A DNA stretch of 62,267 nucleotides, filler included. It is 5 parts of 5 records of this genome, joined end to end, with 100 filler letters (N's around TTAATTAATTAA, not from the genome) between each part and the next. Parts side by side here need not be neighbours in the genome. Positions count along the whole stretch, not along the records: positions 24,310 to 40,816 come from SRR31156797_803; positions 40,917 to 46,282 come from SRR31156797_807; positions 46,383 to 62,267 come from SRR31156797_810; 2 more parts are not named here. One strand, given 5' to 3'. The translations under genes and the position numbers were made by a program. Each line of letters opens with the position of its first letter. Positions within the stretch are counted from its first letter, which is position 1. A model generated the notes under the pieces. That model was not told the origin of the DNA, made no database searches, and saw only the letters and a list, made by a program, of their open reading frames with translations. This document shows positions 38,094 through 47,743 of this stretch, in pieces.

Positions 38094-39296
38094 ATGTTGA
38101 ACAGTATTTTCAAGAAGGTTCTGGCTTTTTTGGTTGTCATGGTCTCTCTTTCACTGGCTGGCGCGTCCCTTGCGACTGACACCATCAAGATCGGCGCATC
38201 GGCGGCGAAGACAGGTCCCTTGGCCGGTGGTACCGCGGTTACCCATTGGCCCAATATCAAGCTGTGGGTACATGAGGTGAATGCCAGGGGGGGCCTGCAG
38301 CTAAAAGATGGAAAGGCAAAAATCGAATTGATCGAGTATGATGATCGGACTTCTCCCGGTGAGGCCATCAAAAACATCCAACGGATGGCGACCCAGGACA
38401 AGGTTGATTTTATCATCGCACCCTATGGGACCGGCTTGAATCTGGCCACTGCCCCCATATTTGCAAAATACGGTTTTCCGCAACTCACCACCACCGCCAT
38501 TACAGATAAGACCCCGCAGTTGACAAAACGGTATTCCAATATCTTCTTTTTATTGGGAAATACCAGTTCTCTTGCGGGAGATGTGGTCAAAATACTAACG
38601 AAGATGAAAAAGGACGGTCGCATCGGCAACCGCGTGGCCATGGTGAACGTGGCGGATGCTTTTGGCATCGAACTGGCAAACGCCGCCCGTCCGCTATTTA
38701 AGGAAGCCGGTTTCGAAATCGTCTATGACAAATCTTATCCTCTTGGTTCGCAGGACCTGTCCCCCGTGATCCGGGGTGCAAAGGCTTCTAATCCTGACGC
38801 GTTCGTTGCCTGGTCCTATCCCGGGGACACCTTCGGTCTTACGGAACAGGCAAAAATTGAGGGCTTGGATGTAAAGGCCCACTATTCGGCCGTTGCCACA
38901 GCCTTTCCGGCCTTTGCCGGAAAATTCGGAAAAAGCGCGGAAGGTATTTTGGGTGCCGGGGGTATCAACCCGGATACACCTGAAATGCAGGCCTACATAA
39001 AGGCCCACAAGGAAGTGACCGGAAAAATACCTGATTTTTGGGCCAGCCCGGTGACCTATGCGGCATTGCAGATTCTTGAAAAAGCCATTGAAAGCGTAGG
39101 CTCCCCGGACAGAAAGGCCGTAACTGAATATATCAAGAACCATACATTTGACACGGTCATCGGCCCGGTCAAATTCGTTCGACAGAATAATGAAGAATTC
39201 TGGACCGTCGGGCAGTGGCAGGACGGTAAATTCTACGGTGTCAGTTCCACTGGCAGGCCGGGGGCTAAACCGGTCAAAGTCAAACCCGGTTGGTAA
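38094..39296 (+). CDS. HAAT ABC substrate-binding protein (possibly aromatic-compound binding)
   Basis: Signal peptide, IKIG..KTGPLAGG, YDDRT and APYGTG; RBS AAGGAG. Confidence 0.88.
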   Translation: MLNSIFKKVLAFLVVMVSLSLAGASLATDTIKIGASAAKTGPLAGGTAVTHWPNIKLWVHEVNARGGLQLKDGKAKIELIEYDDRTSPGEAIKNIQRMATQDKVDFIIAPYGTGLNLATAPIFAKYGFPQLTTTAITDKTPQLTKRYSNIFFLLGNTSSLAGDVVKILTKMKKDGRIGNRVAMVNVADAFGIELANAARPLFKEAGFEIVYDKSYPLGSQDLSPVIRGAKASNPDAFVAWSYPGDTFGLTEQAKIEGLDVKAHYSAVATAFPAFAGKFGKSAEGILGAGGINPDTPEMQAYIKAHKEVTGKIPDFWASPVTYAALQILEKAIESVGSPDRKAVTEYIKNHTFDTVIGPVKFVRQNNEEFWTVGQWQDGKFYGVSSTGRPGAKPVKVKPGW

Positions 39297-39362
39297 ACGG
39301 TATCCAACGGTGCAGGTGTAAACCCTGCACCGGCCGATCCGCCCATTTCAGGTAACAACAAA

Positions 39363-40232
39363 ATGGTTGAAGTTTTAATTATCGGCATTCTGCTTGGGGG
39401 GACCTACGCTTTGATTGCCATGGGACTACAGCTGCAATACGGCGTGGCCAGGATCATGAACCTTGCCAACGGTGAGATCCTTGTGGCGGGCGCCTTTGGT
39501 GCCTTTTGGCTCAATACCGGCGCCCGTGTGAATCCCATCCTTTCGATCATCCTTGTCATGCCCCTTGCTTTTGTCTTGAACTGGCTCATCTATCGGTGCC
39601 TGCTCCAACCGCTCGTCCGCCGTGCCAAGACCCACGGGCAACTGGAAGTGGACAGCATTCTTGCCACCTTCGGGATCACCTTCATCATGGTGGGGATCAT
39701 GCTGGCCATCTTCGGCGGAGAGTATTTCAGCTATTCCTATCTGGCCGAACCCCTCAATATCTTCGGCCATCCCTATGCCTTAAACCGGATCGTGGCGTTT
39801 CTGATCTCCATGGCACTCGGGTTGGTATTGATATTCTGGATCTATAAAACCCGTATGGGTATGACCTTCCTGGCCGTTGCCGTCAGTTCAGAGGCATCGG
39901 GTCTCGTTGGCATTAACGTCCCCAGAGTTTTGGCCATGGCCTTTTCCCTGGGAGGGGCGGTGACGGCAGCGGCCGGCAGTATGCTCAGCATGTTCTTGAT
40001 CTTTGATGCCTCCATCGGTGCCGTCTTCACCATGAAAGCCCTCATCATCGTGATATTGGGCGGTGTGGGAGACCTGAGGGGGGTCATCATCGCGGCATTC
40101 ATGCTGGGGTTGGCGGAGACCGCCGTGGCAAGTTGGGTTGATCCGGGATTGACCCTTGCTGCCGCTTATCTGCTGTTTATCCTCATCCTGCTTTTCAGGC
40201 CACAGGGGCTTTTGGGGAGGCGGCCGTCTTGA
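39363..40232 (+). CDS. HAAT ABC permease (LivH-like)
   Basis: YALIAMGLQLQYGVARIMNLANG and LGGVG motifs. Confidence 0.9.
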   Translation: MVEVLIIGILLGGTYALIAMGLQLQYGVARIMNLANGEILVAGAFGAFWLNTGARVNPILSIILVMPLAFVLNWLIYRCLLQPLVRRAKTHGQLEVDSILATFGITFIMVGIMLAIFGGEYFSYSYLAEPLNIFGHPYALNRIVAFLISMALGLVLIFWIYKTRMGMTFLAVAVSSEASGLVGINVPRVLAMAFSLGGAVTAAAGSMLSMFLIFDASIGAVFTMKALIIVILGGVGDLRGVIIAAFMLGLAETAVASWVDPGLTLAAAYLLFILILLFRPQGLLGRRPS

Positions 40233-40816
40233 CCTTTAAGGAAAAACGAAATTTCGCACTGATCGGCCCCCTATTCGCGTTGGCAGCCCTACTCCCATTG
40301 GCCGACATGGGATATTGGATCTCCATGGGCGTAACCATTGTGATGTATACGGTGTTGGCCACCTCCTGGTCCCTTTTCTCCGGCCCTACCCATTATATCT
40401 CTCTCGCCAGCGCCGCCTTTTTCGGGCTCGGCATGTACGTTGTGGCGGGGCTTATCGAAGTCCTGCCCTATCCCTTGCTGGTGGGTCTGGCGGCGTTGGT
40501 CGGCGCAGTCCTTGCCGCCATCGTGGGCCTTGCCACATTACGCATATCGGGCGTGTATTTCGTCATCTTCACGCTGGGCCTTTCGGAACTCATTCGGCAG
40601 GTCATGACCTGGATACAGACCACCATGGGTACCAGCAGCGGTCTATACGTCCTCACCAACATCACCGAGACCGTGATCTACTGGGAGTTATTATGTCTTA
40701 CCGCGATGGTCTTTCTGGTTGGATGGTGGATCGGACGATCCCGGTTGGGATTCGCCCTCCGGATTATTGGAAATGATGAAACCGTGGCGCTGCATTGCGG
40801 CATCAACACAGCCTAC
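40229..40816 (+). CDS. HAAT ABC permease (LivM-like), 3'-truncated
   Basis: SGPTHYISL..AAFFGLG, LRISGVYF and GFALRIIGNDE; runs into the spacer. Confidence 0.88.
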
Positions 40817-40916
40817 NNNNNNNNNNNNNNNNNNNNNNNNNNNNNNNNNNNNNNNNNNNNTTAATTAATTAANNNNNNNNNNNNNNNNNNNNNNNNNNNN
40901 NNNNNNNNNNNNNNNN
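40817..40916. other. Artificial contig spacer
   Basis: N44-TTAATTAATTAA-N44. Confidence 0.98.
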
Positions 40917-40955
40917 ACCAAAGATGGCGGTCGTTCCAAGAAGAATTTTTCTCAT
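40917..40955 (-). CDS. 5' end of a probable alphaproteobacterial porin (signal peptide only)
   Basis: Reads MRKILLGTTAIFG after a GAGGAAAGAG RBS, matching the M(K/R)KxLLGTTAL type of porin leader. Not in the ORF track. Confidence 0.6.
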
Positions 40956-41420
40956 CTCTTTCCTCATTCGCTGTCGTGCGGGGATGAATTCAAACTATGT
41001 ACGGTAACGTTTAGTACATGGAGTGTACGATAATGTTTAGTTTATTTCCATAAACAGGGCGCTCGCCTGAGCCCGGTTGTTTATTCAATGTTTTCAAAGC
41101 ACTAAAGGTGATCGTGCGGGTGCCTATTTCTGTTTTTTTTCCGATGTGATTTTTTTGCAACACCAATTTGCACAAATAACTCACCCACACCCCGGGTCCG
41201 GCCACAACCGTATCGGTCTACGTCGGATAGAGTGAGAAAGACCCGGCTGCGCATTTTGGCAGCAGCGATGAGCTATATATTCCGGATGGGACCATCGTCT
41301 TCCCGTTCGGTCCTCTTTCGAATGGATTGCCGATGAAACGGAAACGGCTTGCGATCGGTTTGCACGGCAATGCAATAGCCAGGAATTAGGCTGCGTATGG
41401 CGAATCCGAAGGGACTGGCG

Positions 41421-42191
41421 TCACAATTCCCAGGATTTCAGATGGGCGTGCAGATCGGCCGAAAATCCCTTCCCCTTGCGGACGACGGCGGCTCCCGGCG
41501 GCAGCCCGGACAACGCCGGATTGCCTTCCGAATAGGCCGTGACCAAGACAAAGGGACAATTCGCGGTCGCCGCGATGGTATTGAATATGCGGGCCAATTC
41601 GACGCCGCTGAGATCCGGCAGTTCCTGACTGGCAATAATCAGGCCCGGTGAATGAACCAGGGCGGCGCGGATTGAATCGACACCGTTTTCAACCATCGAC
41701 AGGCGTATACCCCAGCCGGCGAGATCCTTGGCGATGATCTTTCTCTGCACCCCCATCGGCATAACCAGAAGCGCGTCGATATCGTGACAGGCGACAGGCG
41801 TTTCCCTGGCCGCCGACGACGGCAGACGGGCAAGAACCGTCGCCGCCTCTTCCGGTTCGGGATCGTTGCCAGCCTCGAGAATGGCCCGGATGCGATCGAG
41901 GAAGCTCTGGATGGCATCAAGCTGCGTATGTCCGATTTCGTCGGCGGTTTCGATAAAATCCTCGATGCGATGGGCGATCTGGCCAATCAGTTGGAATCCA
42001 TAGCTGCCGGCTGATCCCTTCAGGCTGTGAATATGCCGCTGCAGGTCGAGGAATTGTCCCTGCCAATCGCCCTCGCCGGCCTTGAGGTGGCCGATGATCG
42101 TCTCCAGCTCGTCCATGCGGTCGAGGCTGTTGTCGATGAATTCCTCTCTGAGATTGTCGAGAAAGGCTTCAATATCGAGGTTTTCCGGCAA
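41421..42191 (-). CDS. Hpt domain plus degenerate receiver domain protein
   Basis: HSLKGSAGSYGF Hpt motif. The C-terminal REC fold (LPDLSGVEL, LVTA) lacks the acidic residues. Confidence 0.8.
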   Translation of the reverse strand: MPENLDIEAFLDNLREEFIDNSLDRMDELETIIGHLKAGEGDWQGQFLDLQRHIHSLKGSAGSYGFQLIGQIAHRIEDFIETADEIGHTQLDAIQSFLDRIRAILEAGNDPEPEEAATVLARLPSSAARETPVACHDIDALLVMPMGVQRKIIAKDLAGWGIRLSMVENGVDSIRAALVHSPGLIIASQELPDLSGVELARIFNTIAATANCPFVLVTAYSEGNPALSGLPPGAAVVRKGKGFSADLHAHLKSWEL

Positions 42192-42491
42192 ATCCGTGCT
42201 CTCCGGGTTATCGGGCGCGTACCTGCAATCTGCGCGTTCCCCGTTTACGATTCAAGGTGAAGCACGGAACAAACATTTCGGCAAGGCCGGCTTTCGCCGA
42301 AGCCAATCCGACAAAAACCGGTTGGTCGCGTTCGGCTCAAGCGATGGGGACACAGCCCTTCCCTACCCGACCAAAATGCCGGTATGCGGCATCGATTCGA
42401 GACTTTACACCCCCAACCCCGGCCGTAAGAATGCGTCGTCACGGGAATCGAAGTTCACATCGTCGGAAAATCACGATATCGGGGGAAACTG

Positions 42492-44486
42492 ATGGGCTAT
42501 GTCATCGTCCTGGCCACGACCGTCGGCCTTTGTGGGTTGCTGCCACGCCTCAGCCTCCCTGATCCGGCCGACGGCCGGCCGCTTCCCTGGCCGGGATTGA
42601 TATTCTTCCTCGCCCTCGTCGCCATTCCGGCCCTGCTTTACATCCTCAACCCGGTATTGGGGATCGGGCTTCGTGCTTCGGCTTGGATAGTGGTCGTCCT
42701 CGCCGGCTTCGGCGCGGTGTTGGGAATCGCCCGCCTGCGGCGCGGTGTCGTTCCGGGTTGGAGCCCCGGCGTCCTGGCCCACCCGCTCGTCATCTTCGGT
42801 CTGGCCCTGGCCGCCGTCATCGTTTTTCGCGGAGGCATCACCTACGTGCCGATCGACGGACCGGAACTGAGCGCCTGGATCTATGATGCGCGATTGCGAT
42901 TTGCCGCCGATACCTGGCTGACGCCGGAAATGGACCTCAACCTCAAAGGCTATATCATCGGCTGGCCGCTGTTCATGAATTTCCCCAACCTGCTGCTCGA
43001 TCGGTGGAGCGGTCATGAGGCGGTGCTGCCTTTCCTCATGCACCTGGGACTGCTGGCGACCACTTACGATCTGGCGCCCCGGCTGGCCGATCCGGCCGGC
43101 CGGCTTGGTCCCCTGCATCGCATTCTGTTCGGCTGGGCGGTGGTCCTGTTGCTGTTGGCGGCGCAAGCCTATTGGCTGTTGTTCGCCGTCAAGCTGGCAA
43201 TCGAACCGGTGCAGATATATGCGACCGCCATGGTGTTCGCCGTCGCCTTGGCCGGCTGCCTACGCGGCGCCGAGCGGATACGCATCGCCGGCGCCATCGG
43301 CGCGCTGTTCGCCGCCGGGTATCTGTTCAAGGGGGCCGGACTGACATTGGGCTTTTCGCTCGGCGTCTTCTGGCTCGCCTTCCTCGCCTTCGATCGAGCC
43401 GAGAGGGACGAACGATACCCGCTTTCGTTCTGGGCAACGCGCGGGCTTGTCATGGCGACGGTATTCCTGGGCCCAGCCCTATTCGTCTTCCTATCGTGGA
43501 AGGTCATCGCCAACCCGACAGGCTGTTTCGCCTCCGCCGTTGACTTCGCACGCACGGCCCGAGACGCCATTTCGGCGAGCGATGCACTCGCCACCGTCAC
43601 GCCACTCGTCCTCGACCGGGCGATGGATTATCTCGTCAGCTACAAGCTGCCACTCAGCGCCTTTTCCGCCGTCGTGCTGCTGGCGGCCCTGGGGGGTTCG
43701 CGGCTGCGGTGGGTGACGGTCGCTTTTCTCGTCTACGCCGCCGTCTACCTTGCTGCCCAGTATCTTTCCTACCTTGGTTGCGTCGGCGTCAATCTGGGCC
43801 TGGAACGTTATCTGCGCGTCGTGCTGCGTCCGATGCATGGACTTGGTCTCGTACTCGCCAGCGTGCTGGCCGCGCGCTGGTTGCTCGGCCGCATGGCCGC
43901 CCGAACCGGAACGCTACGCCTTCCCCTGCCGTTGATGGCGGCTGCGGCCCTTGTCCTCTCCGCCTTGTGTGCGTGGCAAGTTAATCGATTGACGATGGAC
44001 GTCGCCGAAGTCACCGGGCGAACACACCCGACCTCGGTCGAGCGGATGGCGCGCCTTCGCGTCACAGTTACGGAATCGGAAAGCCTGATCCGCCGTATCG
44101 AGACGCGCGGCTTGCAAGAGCCGCGGGTCATCCTGGTCAAGCAGGACGATGCCGAATTGCAGTGGGACGTCGCCAGATTGCTGTCTGTGAACGTGACCGG
44201 CAGCGGCTCACTCTACCACTACCGGCTTCAACCCGGTTGGGTGTGGCGTCCAACTCCCGATCCGGCCCGGGCGACCGCCACCCGGATAGCCGCGGCAACC
44301 GAAATTCCAACGGCCTTCCTTAGCAACGACGTGATCTGGCTGCTGGGTTTGGACGACTGGCTGCGGGATGCGCTTTCCCCGCTTGTCGACGACCCCGGCT
44401 GCCTGTCGCGGCCCGAGGACTATTTCCTATTCAAGAACCCGACCGGCACCGGCTTCGATTGCATAGCGAAGAAAGGCAGCCCTTGA
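42492..44486 (+). CDS. Polytopic membrane protein of unknown function (GT-C glycosyltransferase-like topology)
   Basis: More than 10 hydrophobic segments plus a soluble C-terminal domain; RBS GGGGGA. Confidence 0.6.
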   Translation: MGYVIVLATTVGLCGLLPRLSLPDPADGRPLPWPGLIFFLALVAIPALLYILNPVLGIGLRASAWIVVVLAGFGAVLGIARLRRGVVPGWSPGVLAHPLVIFGLALAAVIVFRGGITYVPIDGPELSAWIYDARLRFAADTWLTPEMDLNLKGYIIGWPLFMNFPNLLLDRWSGHEAVLPFLMHLGLLATTYDLAPRLADPAGRLGPLHRILFGWAVVLLLLAAQAYWLLFAVKLAIEPVQIYATAMVFAVALAGCLRGAERIRIAGAIGALFAAGYLFKGAGLTLGFSLGVFWLAFLAFDRAERDERYPLSFWATRGLVMATVFLGPALFVFLSWKVIANPTGCFASAVDFARTARDAISASDALATVTPLVLDRAMDYLVSYKLPLSAFSAVVLLAALGGSRLRWVTVAFLVYAAVYLAAQYLSYLGCVGVNLGLERYLRVVLRPMHGLGLVLASVLAARWLLGRMAARTGTLRLPLPLMAAAALVLSALCAWQVNRLTMDVAEVTGRTHPTSVERMARLRVTVTESESLIRRIETRGLQEPRVILVKQDDAELQWDVARLLSVNVTGSGSLYHYRLQPGWVWRPTPDPARATATRIAAATEIPTAFLSNDVIWLLGLDDWLRDALSPLVDDPGCLSRPEDYFLFKNPTGTGFDCIAKKGSP

Positions 44487-44542
44487 GTAGGGTTCGGGAC
44501 GCCTGCCCTGAATAATTCCGATTTAATCGTCGAGGAGTCGGA

Positions 44543-44944
44543 TCAACCGGCCGGTGCGCAGGGAGCCCCCTGGCCCGCGAATGCGCCGATATGCGGCATC
44601 GGATCGGGCAGGTCCGCGACCGTTCCGGCGGCGACACCGAAACCGGCTTCCTTCCACGCAATGATGCCGCCATCCAGGTGATAGACGTCGCGGGCCTTGG
44701 CAACGGCCATTGTCAACTGTTCGGAAAAGCGGTTCGTGCGATTGCCGCTGGCGCAATGAAAGACGACAACGCGGCCTTCGTGGTCCGGCAGACCGTCGGG
44801 ATTGAATGCCGAAAGCGGCATGTGAAACGCCGCGCCGATACATTCGTCGGCATATTCCATATCCTCCCGCACATCGATCAGCACGGCCTTGTCCTGATCC
44901 AGCCAGGCCTTGAGGGTAAGGGAATCGACGCTTTTGATGCTCAT
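44543..44944 (-). CDS. Rhodanese-like sulfurtransferase (YgaP-like N-domain)
   Basis: LIDVRE..EY, FHCASGNR and LDGGIIAW. Confidence 0.9.
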   Translation of the reverse strand: MSIKSVDSLTLKAWLDQDKAVLIDVREDMEYADECIGAAFHMPLSAFNPDGLPDHEGRVVVFHCASGNRTNRFSEQLTMAVAKARDVYHLDGGIIAWKEAGFGVAAGTVADLPDPMPHIGAFAGQGAPCAPAG

Positions 44945-45024
44945 CTGCGGTATCTCCGTTGGTCTAACCGCAGGGTGTTCCGGCGGCCATGGTCTTTCGC
45001 CTTATCGGCGTCCTTACCTCCTGT

Positions 45025-45044
45025 AAATTAGAGATTTCTAATTT
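45025..45044. promoter_or_regulatory. Putative operator upstream of the rhodanese gene
   Basis: Perfect 8-bp inverted repeat AAATTAGA-GATT-TCTAATTT in an AT-rich patch. Confidence 0.45.
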
Positions 45045-45081
45045 GATTTCAATAATTATTCGCATACTCTCTACGCCCGAT

Positions 45082-45465
45082 CTAATCTTCTCCGTCCATT
45101 TCCTTGAAGAATTCACGGGCGACACGGAAGCTGTCGATGGCGGCGGGAACGCCGCAATAGACGGCGGTCTGTAGGAATATCTCGCTGATTTCGCTTTTCG
45201 ACAGGCCATTATTCAGCGCCCCGCGCAGATGCAGCTTGATTTCGTGCGGCCGGTTGAGCGCCGTCAACATGGCAAGATTGATGATGCTACGGGTCTTGCG
45301 ATCCAGCCCCGGTCGGTTCCAGACTTCGCCCCAGCAAAATTCGGTGACCAGTTCCTGCAAGGGCCGGCTGAAATCATCGGCATTGGCGATCGCCGCGTCC
45401 ACATACTCGGCGCCCAGCACCTCGCGGCGGACTTTCATTCCCTTGTCGAAAAGCTCTTTGTTCAT
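45082..45465 (-). CDS. Carboxymuconolactone decarboxylase family protein
   Basis: [21 protein letters not shown] and [11 protein letters not shown]; start MNKELF at 45465. Confidence 0.9.
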   Translation of the reverse strand: MNKELFDKGMKVRREVLGAEYVDAAIANADDFSRPLQELVTEFCWGEVWNRPGLDRKTRSIINLAMLTALNRPHEIKLHLRGALNNGLSKSEISEIFLQTAVYCGVPAAIDSFRVAREFFKEMDGED

Positions 45466-45653
45466 GGTTGATTGCCCCCTGCTTGAAAGAATTCGGATTC
45501 GCAATTCTAGGCCGAAGACGCGGGAAAACAAAAATACGCAGCCGCCCCCCTGCCCGCCCGCATTTACCGGCCTGCGCTTCGCGGTTGAATCGCTGCCGGC
45601 CCGAGGTCATAAAAGATGGGTCGACCGACCCCAATGGGAGGGAGTTTCGCGCC

Positions 45654-46282
45654 ATGACCGAGATTGAACTTCGCGATGAGTCACCGATTCGGCAGCGGGA
45701 CTTCCTGATCGGCTGCGCGACCGCGTCCTATCAGATCGAGGGAGCCGCCCGGGAGCACAGGCGCGAACCCTCCATCTGGGACGAGTTCTGCCGGCAGCCG
45801 GGAGCCATCCTCGACGGCAGCAACGGCGACGTCGCCTGCGATCATATCCGTCTTATGGATGCCGACCTCGACCTGATCAAGGAACTGGGGTTCCAGGCCT
45901 ATCGCTTTTCCATCGCCTGGCCGCGCTTCCTTTCTCCCGGTGGCAAGGTCAACCGGGCCGGGGCGGATGTCTACGAGCGGCTGGTCGACGGCCTGCTGGC
46001 CCGCGGGATTACACCGCTGGCGACGCTGTATCACTGGGACCTGCCGCAGCGCATTCAACGCAAGGGCGGCTGGCTGAACCGTGACACGGCCGAACGCTTT
46101 GCCGAATACGCCCATCGTGCGACGACGGTTCTGGGCGATCGCATCGATTGGTGGGCGACCCTGAACGAGCCCTGGTGCAGCGCCGTTCTGGGGTATGATC
46201 GCGGCATCCACGCGCCCGGGATAAAGGACCGGGCGGCGGCCTTTGTGGCGGCGCATCACCTATTGCTTGGCCACGGTCTGGC
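45654..46282 (+). CDS. GH1 beta-glucosidase (3'-truncated)
   Basis: [26 protein letters not shown] and TLNEP. Confidence 0.93.
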
Positions 46283-46382
46283 NNNNNNNNNNNNNNNNNN
46301 NNNNNNNNNNNNNNNNNNNNNNNNNNTTAATTAATTAANNNNNNNNNNNNNNNNNNNNNNNNNNNNNNNNNNNNNNNNNNNN
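46283..46382. other. Artificial contig spacer
   Basis: N44-TTAATTAATTAA-N44. Confidence 0.98.
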
Positions 46383-46676
46383 CACTGGCACGGCGATACC
46401 TTCGATCTGCCGGCCGGTGCCCGTCACCTGGCTTCTACCGATGTCTGCGCCAATCAGGCTTTTGACGCCGGCGAAGCCGTCCTCGCCCTTCAGTTCCATC
46501 CGGAGGTCACCGGTCCGGGCCTTGAATCGTGGTTCGTCGGCCATGCCTGCGAAATCGCCGCAACGGCGGGCATCGACGTTCAATCCTTGCGCCGCGAGAC
46601 GGCGAAACGGATCGCCGGCCTCGGATCCGTCGGCCCCCGCCTGTTCGAACCCTGGTTGGCAAAAGCCGGTCTTTGA
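46383..46676 (+). CDS. Class I glutamine amidotransferase (YfeJ-like), 5'-truncated
   Basis: Manual translation gives HWHGDTFDLP...NQAF...LQFHPE...WFVGHACE with TGA at 46674. Not in the ORF track. Confidence 0.88.
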   Translation, partial: HWHGDTFDLPAGARHLASTDVCANQAFDAGEAVLALQFHPEVTGPGLESWFVGHACEIAATAGIDVQSLRRETAKRIAGLGSVGPRLFEPWLAKAGL

Positions 46677-46981
46677 CCGGCCGGCCGGCTCCGGCGTTTC
46701 ACTTTGCGAAATAACACAGTCCCAAAAATACCCATGAACCCATAATGGTTTGCGGCGGCGCGTGTTCGTGCTATTGGAGGGACGGCGACGTCTCGGTCAT
46801 CCCAAATGGATGATCCCACATCGGCCATTGAGCATGATGACGCCGGGTTCGACCATTCCGGCGGTTTTGTTTGCGATCGGCTCAGCCGGCTCTCGTTTTT
46901 TTTGCCGGCAGGTCTGCGCCGCCACCCAATAGATGGAAATACGGGACACCAAACCGTAGGAAAAAACCAAGGAGAACCCCA

Positions 46982-47722
46982 TTGAACTTCCCGTCTATTG
47001 TCAAAGACGTGGCCCTTCGCGAATCCCTGGACGGCCTCATTGAAAACGCCTCGACAGCGACCGAAGAAGTCCCGGCCTACCTCCATGACACCTATGACTG
47101 GGCCTATCTTAATCCGCGCAACGTGGCGCTTCTCGACCGCAACATCGTCGTCGACGTTCTGCTTTTCGGCAATGCCAGGCGCCTGATGGCGGCCGCCTTG
47201 AAAGCGATCGCACCGGCCGGCCGGGTGTTCATGGCGGCCCACGTCTACGGCGACTTCGTCAACCGGTTGGCCAACCATGTCGGCCCCGACGGCCATCTCG
47301 AAATCGTCGACATCGCGCCGATCCAGGTATCCAACTGCACCCGCAAGGTCGGCGACCTGGCGCACGTCACCGTGCGCCAGGCCGATGCCGCCGAACGCGA
47401 CGGTCGGGAATTCGACACCGTGCTCAGCTTCTTCCTGCTGCACGAAATTCCGGACGGCAAAAAGCGCGCCGTCATCGATGCCCTTCTTGCCAAGGTGCCG
47501 GTCGACGGCACCGCGGTGTTCGTCGATTATCACCGGCCCAAATGGTGGCACCCAATTCGCTATGTTCTGGAATTCGTGAACCACCAGCTGGAGCCGTTCG
47601 CGAAATCCCTGTGGCGCCACGAAATTGCCGCCTTCGCCAGCGAACCGGACGCGTTCACCTGGGAAAAACAGACCTTTTTCGGTGGTGTCTATCAGCGGGT
47701 GGTGGCCCGTCGCCAGACCTGA
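46982..47722 (+). CDS. rquA: Rhodoquinone biosynthesis protein RquA
   Basis: VPAYL..TY.WAYL.P, LFGN, VYG, DIAPIQ, FFLLHEIP, FVDYHRP..WHP, LEPFA and FGGVYQ; likely TTG start after AAGGAG. Confidence 0.92.
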   Translation: MNFPSIVKDVALRESLDGLIENASTATEEVPAYLHDTYDWAYLNPRNVALLDRNIVVDVLLFGNARRLMAAALKAIAPAGRVFMAAHVYGDFVNRLANHVGPDGHLEIVDIAPIQVSNCTRKVGDLAHVTVRQADAAERDGREFDTVLSFFLLHEIPDGKKRAVIDALLAKVPVDGTAVFVDYHRPKWWHPIRYVLEFVNHQLEPFAKSLWRHEIAAFASEPDAFTWEKQTFFGGVYQRVVARRQT

Positions 47723-47743
47723 CGCTCCGCACGCGGCGCACCG

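Noticed and set aside
46677-46981. Possible riboswitch or FNR box in the rquA leader
   Set aside because: Only short scattered hairpins are present. I could not match a known aptamer or TTGAT-N4-ATCAA.
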